Positions 1 through 18,982 of a stretch of 64,000 nucleotides of DNA are shown one piece after another. Source of the stretch: Daphnia carinata (lineage: Eukaryota); the NCBI RefSeq assembly GCF_022539665.2, contig NC_081331.1, positions 310,001-374,000 on the forward strand, written 5' to 3'. Under the pieces are notes generated by a model. That model made no database searches. It was not told where the DNA came from and saw only the letters and a program-made list of their open reading frames with translations. The translations under genes and the position numbers were made by a program. Each line of letters starts with the position of its first letter. Within the stretch, counting starts at the first letter, position 1.

Positions 1-2119
1 TCAAAATCGGCGTCTGATTTCAGAACTTCTTGCGGTTCAGTTTCTACTTGGGGCTCAACTTCTAACTCTTCAGCAAGAGTTTCTACATTCGCTTCGCGTG
101 CAACTTCTATTTCGGGTTCGTCAAGAGCTTCTTCTTCACTCACGATTTCTTCTTCAGCTTGCACTTCTTCAGGGTCTTCTGCCAACTGAGCTGCTTCTTG
201 TTGAGCTGCCTCTTGAGCCAATATAGTCTAAATTAAACGATAGATTTTGAAATATTGGCAAAAATAAACTAGATAAATAAATTACATCTTGATTCCTGGC
301 TTCATCTAACTCTTCTAGTACGGCTCTAAGATTGCGTTCCAATTCAGCTGCTTGCTCTAGAGCGCCATCAAAAACACTGTCTGACGTATTCTTTACGAGT
401 TCATCTAATTGACTTCTTAAAGGCTCAAGGCGTTGACTAATTGTATCGATGACGGCGTGAGTTAATGACGATTTAGCCATAACTTGTAGGGCTCGTAGCT
501 CTTCGATGCAGCGCACAGTCATAACCCACACTTCATCTACAGCTGCCTGAACGGCTTCTCTTTCTGCCCGCATTGTAAATGACTCTGAAAAATGATGTAA
601 TTGAAGAACTGTCTATTCGGTAATAAAGATTGATGTAATACCTTCAGGAACTTCAGCTGGTTCATCCTCCAACTGCGTCTCAAAGTTTTCGCTGGCTTGA
701 ACAGTTTCTTCTACGATCTCATTGGTCGCTTCAGGTAATTCTTCAACGGGTTCTGGCACAGATTCTGCAGCTTCAATCTTTGGTTCTTCAACTATTTCAG
801 TTTCTATTTCCCTTATGATGTCTTCTGGTACTTCTGCAATAGGCACAGTTTCAGGGACCTCTGAAGGCAAATCCTTTGCAATTTCAACAGGTTCATCTAC
901 CATACTGATGGTATTTTCCTTAAATGATTCTATAGAAGTAACGAAGAAGTTCATTACATGCAAAAAAAAAGCTGGAAATTAATTATATACCTGGCTCCAT
1001 AGGGGAAGGATCAATTCTGTCGAAATCATCTTCGTAGGCAACGTCTACCGCTGGGGCAGCAGGCTCATATTTCACTGGTGGGGCATTGGTGACGGGGTCT
1101 GCAAGACGAGTGAACGTCTCAATTCCACCCATTTCAAAAAATATCACACCAACGGCCAATCCCAAAGACGAAAGTAAGACGAGAAAGATGATTTTCGCGC
1201 ACGCTCCGCTTCCATCACTTTCTTCCAATAGGGGAACGGTATCTTCTAATAAAATAAAATTGAATAAAAAATAAATTATTAAAAATTTTAGAGTGTTTCC
1301 GTTACATTAGCGAAAGGAAGTTGCCATGCGCGTGCTGTTAACGTATCGCTAAACATGAAAGGCATGCCTGCACAACCTGGTCAACAGATGGCCAAGATGC
1401 TTCAGTAGTTTTTATATTTCCAGGGTCAACAACACACATACACACACACACACACACATTCATTATTAGACACCTGAATCGTCGGTAGGATGAACAACGA
1501 AATCTGCTTCGGTTTCGTCCAGTTGTTGGACATGTGCCCGTTCCTCTTGGTATTCTTCCTGTTGTAAAGCCTCTAATATGGCTATGATTGATAATCACAT
1601 GATTCAATATGGCGAAATTGAATTCCATGGGTTATATATATATATAAGCCGGTACAAACAATGTCAACATAACGATGGCACGCTCTTTGAAAAAGACGCA
1701 GTTTTCCAACGTCGTATGACAACACTTTTGGATGGTAAAAGATGCTAGCTAGGCTTAGTTCCAATAGCACAATTCCCCCACCCGAAGTGACGTGATATTT
1801 TTAGACAGAAAATCTCGCAAGGTCTTCAACAGAAAAGAATATAAAGCTTCAATGGCGTCGCACGAGACTTTGCCAGCCAAGCACCTTTTTCAAAATCAGT
1901 TTTAAATCTATGATTGAATCTCCCAACTAATTTTCTCTTCAATTTTTACGTACTAAGACATTGTAATAATTTACATGCCCGTTCCAGGCAAGATAAACAA
2001 TGTGAAGCGACATTTGACTTTACCGGCATCCCATAATTTAGAATGAAAACACAAAACGTACGAGTGTTACCTTTCTTCTTCCTCTTGTCCTTGCGCTTCT
2101 TTGTTAGGTCCGCCGACAT
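1..2119 (-). CDS. Asph: Aspartyl/asparaginyl beta-hydroxylase (ASPH/junctate/humbug)-like type II ER membrane protein, 5' part; gene continues beyond position 1
   Basis: ATG at 2119 gives MSADLTKKRKDKRKKK, a basic N-terminus like arthropod ASPH, with a GT donor at 2070. Further exons lie at ~1572-1474, ~1245-991 (GSGACAKIIFLVLLSSLGLAVGVIFF TM segment, like the arthropod ASPH 'CAKIxF' signal anchor), ~931-641, ~585-286 and ~227-1, encoding a very acidic luminal region. The catalytic domain is not in the window. Confidence 0.75.
1432..1458. repeat. (CA)n microsatellite in ASPH-like intron
   Basis: acacacatacacacacacacacacaca read directly. Confidence 0.85.
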
Positions 2120-2633
2120 TATGTGCTGTTATCCCTGATTTTTCTGGAACCTTTCTCTTAAACTTGAGCTTAAACGACTTCAAGACTAGCAACGTCTGAG
2201 CTCTCGACACGTTGCACGTTGTTCTCGCTACACACACTTAGACTTAGTAACAGACTAGCAGCAAAGTTCCAACTCACCCAGCCTAAAGAATAGGCGGATA
2301 TTCATAGCCAGCAGACTACGTTTTCCAAACAACCTTGAAGACTACACCTAGCGGCGAATGAAGTAAATAATAGTATTAAGACCCCCCTGCCGACAACTTG
2401 AGGAACTTGAAGGCGTCGTCGGGTATGCAGAGGTATTCATGTAGCAGAGCATACGCAACTGTGTATTCGTGAAGAAGCTAGTGGAGAAATGGAAGCCACT
2501 GTTTGGCAAGTGATTGTTTCGATATCTGTACAACGATGATGAAGAGAGTGGACGACTCATTTCAAACTAAATTCGAATGTGCCTTTGGATTATTATTACC
2601 TGTGATCAACGTCTGAAATCAATTAAGTGAAAC

Positions 2634-5052
<2,419 letters not shown>

Positions 5053-6837
5053 TAGTCTTTGCTTGAAGCCATGGTTTAATAATGCCAATGAAATGGAGGA
5101 TACGTTTGATATCATTGCCTACTCAATCCAGTCTATCGCCATCGCCCAGCGTGGGCTCCCAGTTCCAAAACGGAACTACATTTATAATCTTGTAAATAGT
5201 GTAGAACGACATTCCGGAAGCCGGACAGGATCTTCAATCGTTGTCTCGTACGTGAAATCTCTCTTGCTGTTTTTCTAGTAAATATGTGTGGTTTTGTGCG
5301 TGCCGAAAATGTTCGTCATTTTTGAATTTCCATGGAAGGATCCATCCGAATAGTCGCCTCTTTTATGGTAATTCGGGTGTGCAGAAAAGAAATTTTCTTT
5401 TCGTAAATGAATATGATGTTTTCTCTCTTGTGTGCCTTTTGTATGGTGCATTACCAGGAGGCCTTTAATGCCATTAATCCATTGCACGTTTTTATGTTCC
5501 ATTTTTCGACATGCCCGTCCATTGTTCGTGTTTTTTTTTTAATTCTTTTCATTGGTGAAAAGAATAAAGGTCTACTTTTGAAACTTTAACTTGTATGGTT
5601 TCGTTTAGTTATTTTTCTTCACGTAATTTTCGTTGTAATGAGGGTACGCGTGATTGTCGCACGGTCGTAGCTCTGTGACCCAATAGAACACAGTTTTTAC
5701 TGCTGATTCACGAGCTAATAAATAATTCTGGTTCTGTCAAGAAAAAAAAAATTTGAAACTCCAAACCGTCCGTCTCTTGAGGCTAGACGATGAAACTTCT
5801 AGAACTCACCGAGGAAGTTTCTTTCGAGTCACGTCAGGTCCGTCAGCTAAAATTAAATCGCTGGCGAGCGCCCTCCAGGAAAGGGTATTTTTATTTTGCT
5901 ATGCTGAGGGTGGCTGATCACTCTGGTCCGTCAGGTATTGCACCGATTGGACAGTTTATAAATACATGTTCATTCACAGCGTTGCTGCTGTTTTTGGCAG
6001 AGTACCGGAAATCGCGTTTTTTTCCATTTCATAAGACCATTCCGGTTTCATCTTTGTTGCAGCCGGAAGTGTTTTCCACACTTGAAACATTCTGTGTGCG
6101 TGGGTGTCCTGTTCTTTTGAGCGTAACAACTTGGATATGTTGTTTCGTCATCCAGGTAGTATGTACACCTAGTGCCAACCCAGCTCCCGGCTGCTGATGA
6201 CTGTGTAGGACCCGAGTTAACAACACGCAGCATTCTCACCTCGGATTTCTTCGGTGGTGGTTATTCGTTGTAATCGAGCTTCTAAAGAAACTTAATAGAT
6301 GGCAGCGAACTTTAGTTGACTTACCTATTGTAAAAAACAAAAAAAAAACATACCTTGCGGCAGGCCAATCCCAGATTCTTCATGCGGGTTCTGTTGTCAT
6401 CATGCACAGCAGGTGAGCACGCAACAGTTTCACATCTTCCATATCTCTTCGCGTGAGTGGTGGGAGTGGGATAACATACCTTCGCAATTGTCTATTTTAT
6501 CGACCAAGTTTTTATTGCGAGGCCACTATCGCCAAAAAGGTCTATCGTCCGTCGTTTTTAGTTTCCTTTGCAGCCAGGTTTCGTAAAAGGTGTACCCACA
6601 CACCTGATTGAAGAGCCAACTTTAGCTTCGGGCGTGAATTTCTAATCAAGTGTCGGACATTTTTTTCCTTTAGCCATCACCCTTTCAATTGAACATCCAT
6701 GTTGCAGCAGCTACATGTCGCAGAAGCTCTTGGTGAAATGTGTAGCTAACTAATTTTTTCTTATCAAAGGTAAAGATTTGTTATCCTCTACCATTATATT
6801 ACATTATTGTTTACTTTTATTATACCACAATTTCTAG

Positions 6838-10229
<3,392 letters not shown>

Positions 10230-11175
10230 TTAATCGAACACAAAAAAGCCATATAATGATCAAATCAATTAATCCCATCACGATTTCGTTTGATGATGAA
10301 ACTGGCAAGTTACGGTGCTACACGTCTTTTTATCAAGTTGCATGCAAGTTTATAATAGTTCTTGTTTTTGTTTTCAAAGTATTTTAAAGCTAAAATCTAT
10401 TTAAATTATTGGCCTAAACAAATTATACTGCCAGGTCTAACCATTTGCATTTGTATTAAAAGAAAAAAGAAAAAAAAATGTTTTCCCTTTTCTTCTGAAA
10501 TGCAAAAATAAACCGTCACATGTGCCTTAAATCATTTATTCTTGTTTGATACTGACCTAGGGACACAATCCATTCAGCGCCAGATATTGCATTATAGCCA
10601 AATTAGAGTTGTAGGTGTCAGGAATTGATGAGGTTAGCTTTATGATTATTGCCAGTCACGATGTGTTCTTGTTAAGTCTTCCAATAGAACCCTACGCAGG
10701 GACATGCGATGAATTATTTAAGATAAATGTCGTTTTTCACACAGCCAATTGTTGATCCACTTGGACATGACACATTCATAAAAGCTGACCTATCCACAGC
10801 AATTTCTTTCACACGCAGTCTACAGCCCATAGCCGAAAGTTCCATGCCTTCGGCAGTCCCGAAAAATTGCAACAAGATTGGTAATGAATCAATAAGTGGC
10901 AAAAAATTGAAAAAACAACAATCGATGAATACGGCGAAAGGGAGAAACCTTACCCCGTTCCGTTTCCGTTGTTGATTTTTTTCCTCATTTCAAGTCTGTT
11001 TTCAATGAGCCGTCCTTTGCATGTTACCGATTGGTTGGACATGATTTTGTTTTCCTTGTGCTATGACCAAACCAATCGTATATTAATATTTGCATTTCAG
11101 GCTCTCAACTTCAGACTCTGTTTGGACTTCGGCTGAGCAAGATTGACTGCTGCAAATACAGTGTCCCTGATTGAA

Positions 11176-12618
11176 ATGCGTCCGAGGTTTTGCATTCCAC
11201 TTATGGTACGCGCTGCCTTTGCAGAGTTTGTTGGGACCTACGTTTTAGTTGTAAGTAAAAGCAATTTTTTTTTAAATTTGATTTTAATAATCTAAGACAT
11301 TTTTCAAACGAAGGTTATCGGCAACGGAAGTGTAGCGCAAGCTCAGCTAACTCATGGCCAGAAAGGGGACTATTTCGCCGTCAACTGGGGCTGGGCTTTA
11401 GGCTGTATGTTAGGCATCTTGGTATCGGCCAACGTATCAGGTATTGCCCCTTCACTTTAGTTTGCCTTTACGTGTATAGAATTTATTATTCAAACTTGCA
11501 CGATCAATCAAGCGTTTGTTAGAAAGTAATGTTTTTCTTACCTGCTGATTGATTTTTTTGTTTTAGGTGGCCACTTAAATCCGGCAGTGACGCTGGCCCT
11601 GGCCATTACTCGTAAGTTTAAATGGAAGAAACTTCCAATCTATTGGCTTGCGCAATATCTGGGTGCTCTGGCCGCGTCTGCAACAGTTCTTGGCGTTTAT
11701 TACGGTACATTGAACTTCCAGTTTTCCTATTGAAATTTGCTAACTTTTTTGATTAATTAAGAGGCAATCATGGAAGGCAGAGTAAATGGAGAATTTCGCA
11801 TTCAAAAAAATCCGGCTGACCCAGGTACTTTAAACCACTTACCTTTGTTTGTATAAACTGCTATACAAAACGATGTCAATGTCAAATGAAACAGGAACGG
11901 CGGCGATCTTTGCTAATTATCCAGCTCCATATTCGTCGTCGGGTCTCTGTTTAGTTGAAGAGGTTAGTAGTTACTATACATGTCAAGGAACGTATCATTT
12001 AACTGTCATTTTCTTGTAGATTGTGGCTACTATGATTTTCATGTTAGTCATTTGTGCGACAACAGACAAACGATATTCTAAGGTTCCTGCCTTCTTGCAA
12101 CCTTTCTATATCGGCTTCGGCTTGTTATCCATGGGATTATCCTATGGGGCCAACAGTGGTTACGCTTTAAACCCGGTGAGTTCATTATTCTAATGTAGAT
12201 AAAATATGAATGAATACTGATTCATATTTGAAGGCTCGCGATTTGGGACCTCGCATAACATCGTACTTAGGCGGATGGGGCTCTGGAGTCTTTAGGTAAG
12301 GAAGTTTTCTATAGGTGAATACTACTTTCATTGATTGCAAACATGTTTGGTACTTTCAGTTTCAGAGATTATAACGGGTTTTGGATTTTCATCGCCGGGC
12401 CCCATATCGGAGCCATTTTAGGAGTCTGCATCTTTGAGCTTCTTATAAAGCTCCGCCCATCCGACAAAACCGATCTAATGAAGGTCGAGCATGAAGAACA
12501 AATACAACGGAAGGAACAAGAACGACTCGAGATCGAATTAAGCAACGTTAAAGCCATACGTGAGGAATACCATGCTTCACCAGTGGTCGAGTTGCCAAGG
12601 ATAGGCCTACGTTGGTAG
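11176..12618 (+). CDS. Aquaglyceroporin (AQP3/7/9/10-type MIP channel)
   Basis: MRPRFCIPLMVRAAFAEFVGTYVLV|VIGNGSVAQ...VSG|GHLNPAVTLA...IFANYP...GYALNP|ARDLGPR shows two NPA motifs and the glyceroporin-specific NPARD. Eight exons. An in-frame stop lies upstream of ATG 11176. Confidence 0.92.
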
Positions 12619-13150
12619 GCCATCTATGGAGGATGATGTGAAGCTTGCTCTTGTAGCAGCATCCGATTGACGACAAAGTATCGATCTTCCTTTAATATCG
12701 ATAACATGTTGGATTGAGTAGCCGTAAGATTCCGATGTCGAGATGACCGCTCTAACTATTGTAATTAGCCTCCACGTAACCTACGAAAAAGCACATGTCC
12801 TAGAAGAAAAATCCACCCTAATAAATTAACACCCCGGAACTAATTATTTTTTCGTCGTTCATAGATTTTTGAAAACCTAAATACTTAGCTTGTTCACGTT
12901 ATGTAAAAGATGACATTGAGTTATTTTCAAGGGGACCGGGAAATACACTCTCGTTTTGCCATATAAGTTAGTGTATCAACATTCTCTGACAATTTTGTTT
13001 GGTATCAAAACCTAGTTCAATCCAAACGGTTTTTTCTTTTCCATACGTGACACTGTTGACCTTCATTAGTTTAGCATATTCAAACATCAAATCAGAAATA
13101 CCGACGAAGGACGCTGACAAACGATGGGATAGGCCTGTCATGGAAAGCAT

Positions 13151-16100
13151 TCAATCACTTTGTTCCTAACAAAAAGTGACACTTGATTAAAATATAACTG
13201 AAGAATGTATAAAATAAATAACTACCGAAGGGTCGCACTCAGCGCAGTGCCACGAATAACCGCGCTGTTTGGGCGTTTTCTTGAGAGGTGGATCAAGGCA
13301 ACCAAAATGAAACACTCGTTGGCATTCGTCACAACTTTCAAATTGAAGATCATTACCATAGAATTACCACTCAATCGAAAACTTATTTACATAAAACAAG
13401 GTTGAGCAGCGTTACCTGACAGTGTCTGATTTAATTCCGTTACGTGAGCAAACTGAACACACAATGGGTATTACTGGAGTACGCATTGCACTCTCAACGT
13501 ACGCGCTAACAGAGCTTGACTCGGGTCGAGTGGCAGATGGGCTACGGCTTCGGATCTAAATTAAATTTCAGAGGACTAAGAAAATATTACAGAAGGAAAT
13601 AAATAATATCTTTACCGGCTGTGAGTGGTCCGAATCGGAATTGGTAAAGATGAAAGGAAATCCTGACTGAGTGGCTTTAGGCAGAATCGGTTTCAGTTTG
13701 ATCATGAGTTTCGGCACTTCAGCATGTTGTGAGGGCGTCGTGGAAGAGTTACCATTAGCCTTATAGGTCGGAGAGATTGTCAGTTGAGTAGACCGTTCGG
13801 CTTTAGTTGAAACAGGAGTAGCAGAATGATCAAGTTGCTCAAATCGAACACAGCCTGAAGGAATGGATTTCAGGGATACTGCTAGTCCTTCACTTGTGTC
13901 CTCTATTCTAGGTTTTTTCTGTTTGTGCACTAAATAAGGCGAAGCGGATTTCATGACTCGTTTGAGAATCATACGTGGACTCACATCTTTAGCACTAGTG
14001 GATCCACTTTGGCCTTCCTGCATCATGTTTGGGAAGCGATTTGAAGGTCCCGCTATAAGCAAAGAAAATCGTAATAATTAAATGCGATTATGTTATTTTT
14101 ACAGACAGCCAACTGTACCTCGGATATCAGCAACCCAAAAATCTTGTGAACTTTGATTGGAATTTTCGGTTTGAGATGGAACACTCTCTACACTATCTCG
14201 ATTCGGCCGGATTTTTGCCGGAGGTGACGGCCGGCTGGAACGTCTGCCAGCAGAGGTGTTTTCTTCACTGCTTCTCCGTGGACTTGTGGGACAATTAAAA
14301 CCACGTTTAGGAGAAACGGCCGACAAAATGTGATGCAATGTGCTCAGCTGATTCCGGAAAGCTGTTTCCCGACTTTTTAATAAATTTTGCTCTTCAATAA
14401 GGCAATCATATCGCAACCGCCATTGTTTCTCACTATCATCCAACTCACGCGACTCCTCTTTCATGGAAGTTGTCTAATGATTAACAATGAAAATGAATTA
14501 ATCGTTACAATGAGATTGAAAACGCAAAAACAAACCTGTTCCCTAAGCTGAGCAATCCTACGTTCTCTATCGAGGACGTAAGCAATAAACTCAACAGAGA
14601 ACGCCGGTGGTATGTGCCATTTTCGAGGAAGGTCGGCTAATGCTGATACTTGAGCTTCACGAACTTCTTCCGCCTCTACATCGACAGCCATAAGCACGGC
14701 TTTGGCGCGTAAACGCCGCACCGCCGACGCAGAGGTAGTCAGTAAACGTGGCATTTTCTGGGTTGGAACTAAACAGAAAAACATTTTTGTTAAGCTGTAA
14801 AAAAAAAATTAGAAACTGTGAAACATACCCCAACTTGCGCGAGGCCAATGTTTTGTTTGGAATTTAACTCTTTGTCGTCCCAACTTGCGGAGGATTCGAC
14901 GCAACGACACATCTTCGCTTTGTCCCGTAGTCAACAGTTCACGGCCTGTGTTTCTTTTATTGGTCCACCATACGAGGTGTCTTTGATGAGATAAATAATT
15001 TTGTTTCCTTCTCCTACAATAAATAGAAACGATCGTCAAACAAATAATTAATCGGGCGACAAAAAGACGCGTTACTTGATTGTGCTTTTGTCTGTATGCA
15101 GCCTACAGTTTGCGTAGAAAGGATCTGCTTGGACAGTTTCTTCGTGAAATGTTTCAGAAAGAAGTCCCTCGCGTTGAGCACTGTAATCATAGACCATTCA
15201 AACCGAAATTAACGATCACATTTTTATACTATTCGTTGAGGAAGCTGAGAATTACCAAGTGACATGGAAAAAAGTTCGGCACATTCCTGCGTCGCAGCCA
15301 ATACACACTCCTGTTCGACTTAACCATGGATCAGAACAAAGTGAGCACGATTTGGCACCCCAACGAGAATAAGGCATTTCAAACAAAGTAACCTATAATT
15401 CAATACAAAAAAAACATCGTTTCGCAAACAAGGTAGCTTTATGTGAAAATTATAATCTTGCCTGTGTCAGCTTGTCTAGTTCACCAAACGCAACCCCAGG
15501 TGTATACAAAGCACAGACTAGGTGAACCCAAAGCCCAGTATCTGTTTCTTTGAGTGCCCCTCCTATGAAGAAATATAAGTCAGACTTGATGTAATTGTTT
15601 ACTATTTAGTGAGGTACTAAATTACCCAGGTTAGGGCACATTTGACAAGGGGGATTTATAACATTTCCCTGACAAGGTTCACAAAACCATGGTTCTGTTG
15701 AGCATGATGATGCAGTGCTAGATACACTTCCACTTTCAGTTACACCGTAGCACCCTTTTAATTACAAATGCCAAAATTAGTAATAACACAGGATTCCATT
15801 AAAGGTTACCACCTTCATGAACTAAAATTCCACATGAATCACATTCAACTACTTCATTTACATCTGAGCTGTGTGTTCCCAGACATATGCAGCATACTCT
15901 AACTTGAGGGATACCTGGGGGCTATAAAAGGAAACTGACATTTAAAAAATGTCTGAAAATTTTTTTGTAATATTTACCAATTGATAGTCCAGCGCTTTGT
16001 ATGGAACAAAAGGTTCTTGGACCTTCACGGAAACTGAAAGGTAAAATTGTAAAAACAACAGTATGAAACAACTAAAACCTTATGTCTGACCTTCAGTGGC

Positions 16101-16410
16101 TGGCCCTGTAGATGTTCCATTCACAAGTGTTTTGTTTTGTTCAGATTCAGACAATTCTTCACTCTCTGTTTCAGATTCATCAATTGAATCAGAAGATGAG
16201 CCAGATCCAGAATCAGAGTCATCTTCTTCAATTTTAAAATCAGAATCCTCAGATTCTGATTCTATTGTTAATGGGAAAAGTTCAACTGTTGGAGTTGGCT
16301 TAACTCTTCTTTTGCTGGGATCCCGGGCCACTGAAAAAGAAACACTAAACTTTAATAATTAATCATTTAAATCAATTGCCACTTCTTGCCGTACACATAG
16401 TTTTGTACAT
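13151..16410 (-). CDS. PHF14: PHD finger protein 14 homolog (PZP module + coiled coil + one C-terminal PHD)
   Basis: MYKTM|LARDPSKRRVKP; PHD1 CCICLG..VVECDSCGILVHEGCYG..EPWFCEPC; ePHD WVHLVCALYTPGVAFG..RTGVCIGCDAGMCRTFFHVTC; KWHIPPAFSVEFIAYVLDR; C-terminal PHD CDECQRVFHFGCLDPPLKKTPKQRGYSWHCAECD. About 15 exons; the last short exon EQSD* is inferred. Confidence 0.88.
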
Positions 16411-17400
16411 AAAATTGATATTTGGCAAATCATCTGGTGTTTTTTTTCCTTTTTCTGCATTTTCACTCATGATGGAAATAAATCTAATAAATGAAAGTTG
16501 GGGACACCGAACAATTTTTTTTAACGAGGAACGAAATTTCTATAACTGAAGGAATCTAGCTAATAAAGCTTATTCACTTGTCAGTCAAAACCATTTTCAT
16601 ATAACATAAAACTGGATAACAATTTTGCCATAAGGCAATGCAAATGAACTAGGAAGAGACCCTTATCGGTAACAAATTCGCATTTGCCCGTCGCTGATCA
16701 ATTTAGAGGGCGCATTAACTGTCTGCTTACGAGCCACCTGGTGGTAATTTAACACTAAAATTAAGGTTTCAAAATCTTCCTTGAAGTATTCTACGACAAG
16801 AAAGCTAAAAAATTTTGTAGTTTATTTAATTTGTGCAATTTTAATCTAAATATCAAAATATTACCAGAATCTCTAGTAGTTCGTCTGGGGAGCACTATTT
16901 GAGTTTGAGTTAAGCAACTTTTATGGTAGTTTTGTTTTAAGAAAATTAAATGAATAAGGTGGAAACGCATCTTAAGATATTATTAATTCTGTAAAACCAT
17001 TTCTTATTTCCAAATTCCATACCATGGAGCGGTGAGAGGAACACATGGGCGCGAATAGATAGATAAACAATATAAAAGTTTTCTGGTTATTGAGAAAGCT
17101 TTGGTAAGCTTTGACCATCATCTGCACCATTGGCTTGGTTAAAAATTTTTGGGAAAACGTTTGTTCTATTTAGTCGATGATATGTCATATTTTTCAAAAC
17201 AAAAACCGATAACAGCCGATCTGAACTGATTGACATAAAAAGAAGGAAAATGTTATGCTAATTCGATGCGACAACGTTGCTTTTACCTTATTATTATTTC
17301 GTGCTAGTTTAGAATTGCAGTAGTTGTTTTCTTTAAGACGTTTCGTAACCTATTAATTTGTTCTTTTGCAATATTTTTCGACAATAAAAACATTCGGAAT

Positions 17401-18509
17401 ATGGATCCCGCATTACTTCGTGAACGCGAGGCTTTTAAGAAGAGAGCACTTGCCACACCAGTGTAAGTACATAAAAATTTGGGAAACTGTATTATCTCAG
17501 GATAGTCACCCAACTGTGCTTGTGCTTTTTAGGGTTGAAAATAAAAAGAAAAAAGAAGTGACAGAGGATGAAACAAAAAAGAAACCAAAAGCACCACCAA
17601 AATCCACTGCTGTGGCACCCCGGATAGATGCTACAAAGTAAGCCTCAAAATTCTTATGTAGGACAATCATTAATTTCATATCATTTAGCTACAAGCATAT
17701 GTCAGGGAGCTCCCAATATAAATTTGGTGTATTAGCCAAAATTGTGAAGCACTTGAAAACGTTACACCAGGATGGCGCTGACCATGCATTAACTTTAGAA
17801 GACATCCTTGATGAAACTAATCAACTTGATGTTGGTATGAAAATTTCACAGGTAATATATTTATGGTAAGCTAGCTGTAAAACCCATACATGCTGCAGAT
17901 GTGTTCTTGAAAAATAGTGGTTGAGAACCGAAGCTTTGGCTAGCAATCCAAAGATTGAGGTGACCTCTGATGGAAGGTACATGTTCAAGCCACCTTACAG
18001 AATCAGGGACCGCAAGGGTCTACTGAAGCTCTTAAGACAAACTGATCTAAAAGGCTTTGGAGGTATTCTTCTGGATGACATTCAAGAATCCTTACCGAAC
18101 CACGAAAAGATTTTGAAAGTATGTTGTGTCCCTTTTACTTCAATCTTTTAGTGCTTGCGTAAAAACAAAGTATTAATACTGAGGCTCTTTTCAGATACTG
18201 GACAAAGATATTGTCTACATCACCAGGCCCATTGATAAGAAGAAAATACTGTTTTACAACGATAAGACGGCCCACATGCCGATCGATGAAGAATTCCAGA
18301 AGCTTTGGCGATCAGTTGCCGTTGATGGAATTGATGACAATAAAATTGAAGAATATTTAGAGAAGCAAGGCATTCGTTCAATGCAGGACACTAGCCTGAA
18401 AGTCATGCCCAAGGTAAATCTCAAACGAAAAGCTGCAGCCAAGAAGCGTACGTTTAAGAAACCTCGTGACAATGAACATCTCAAAGAAATTTTGCAAGAA
18501 TATGAATAA
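17401..18509 (+). CDS. GTF2E2: General transcription factor IIE subunit beta
   Basis: [91 protein letters not shown]. Five exons. Confidence 0.95.
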
Positions 18510-18780
18510 TCGTGAAATCATTTCATACCCGCATTGATGACATTTTAATCGGTATTTTACAAGAAAACGCAGAACCGAAGATTTGAAGCAAAAAAAAAAA
18601 TAATAAAACACCTCAATAAAAATCGTGTTCCTAAAACTTTTACAATTATACCTAATAATTTATTACCTAATAACGGGAATGCAAAAAAGGGGATGGGCCA
18701 CTACAGTGGGCGTCTTAGTAGACAGAGGGAAAAATTGTTAAATGCAAAAAAAAAGATATATATAAATAATATAACAATAA

Positions 18781-18835
18781 GGACTCGAACCCGTGAAATC
18801 AGCATGGCAGCCGCCAACTATGCTAGAGCGCCATA
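18781..18835 (-). pseudogene. Truncated tRNA-like Pol III internal promoter cassette
   Basis: The minus strand reads TAGCATAGTTGG (A-box, 18825-18814) then GGTTCGAGTCC (B-box, 18791-18781). The spacer is too short for a full anticodon arm. Confidence 0.45.
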
Positions 18836-18909
18836 TTCCAATTGCCGTGCTATGTATTAAGCTGCCTATTTGAATAGGTGACACTGAAAGCAAAATTTGG
18901 TTGGGATGT

Positions 18910-18982
18910 GCGGTCCTGGCACAGTGGTTATCACCCACGCTTTGTATTCTGTAGTCCCCGGGTTCAAATCCCGCCACCGCCA
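18910..18982 (+). pseudogene. tRNA-like sequence (tRNA pseudogene or tRNA-derived SINE head)
   Basis: A-box TGGCACAGTGG (18917-18927) and B-box GGTTCAAATCC (18961-18971) at tRNA-like spacing. Partial acceptor stem GCGGT/ACCGC. The acceptor and anticodon stems are mismatched, so it is unlikely to be a functional tRNA. Confidence 0.6.

Noticed and set aside
12616..12636. Stop-codon readthrough of the aquaporin (as in mammalian AQP4)
   Set aside because: The stop is TAG-G rather than the leaky TGA-CTAG context, and only five codons follow before the next stop.
18910..18982. Functional tRNA gene
   Set aside because: The acceptor stem has mismatches, the anticodon stem does not pair cleanly and there is no adjacent oligo-T terminator. 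Kept only as tRNA-like.
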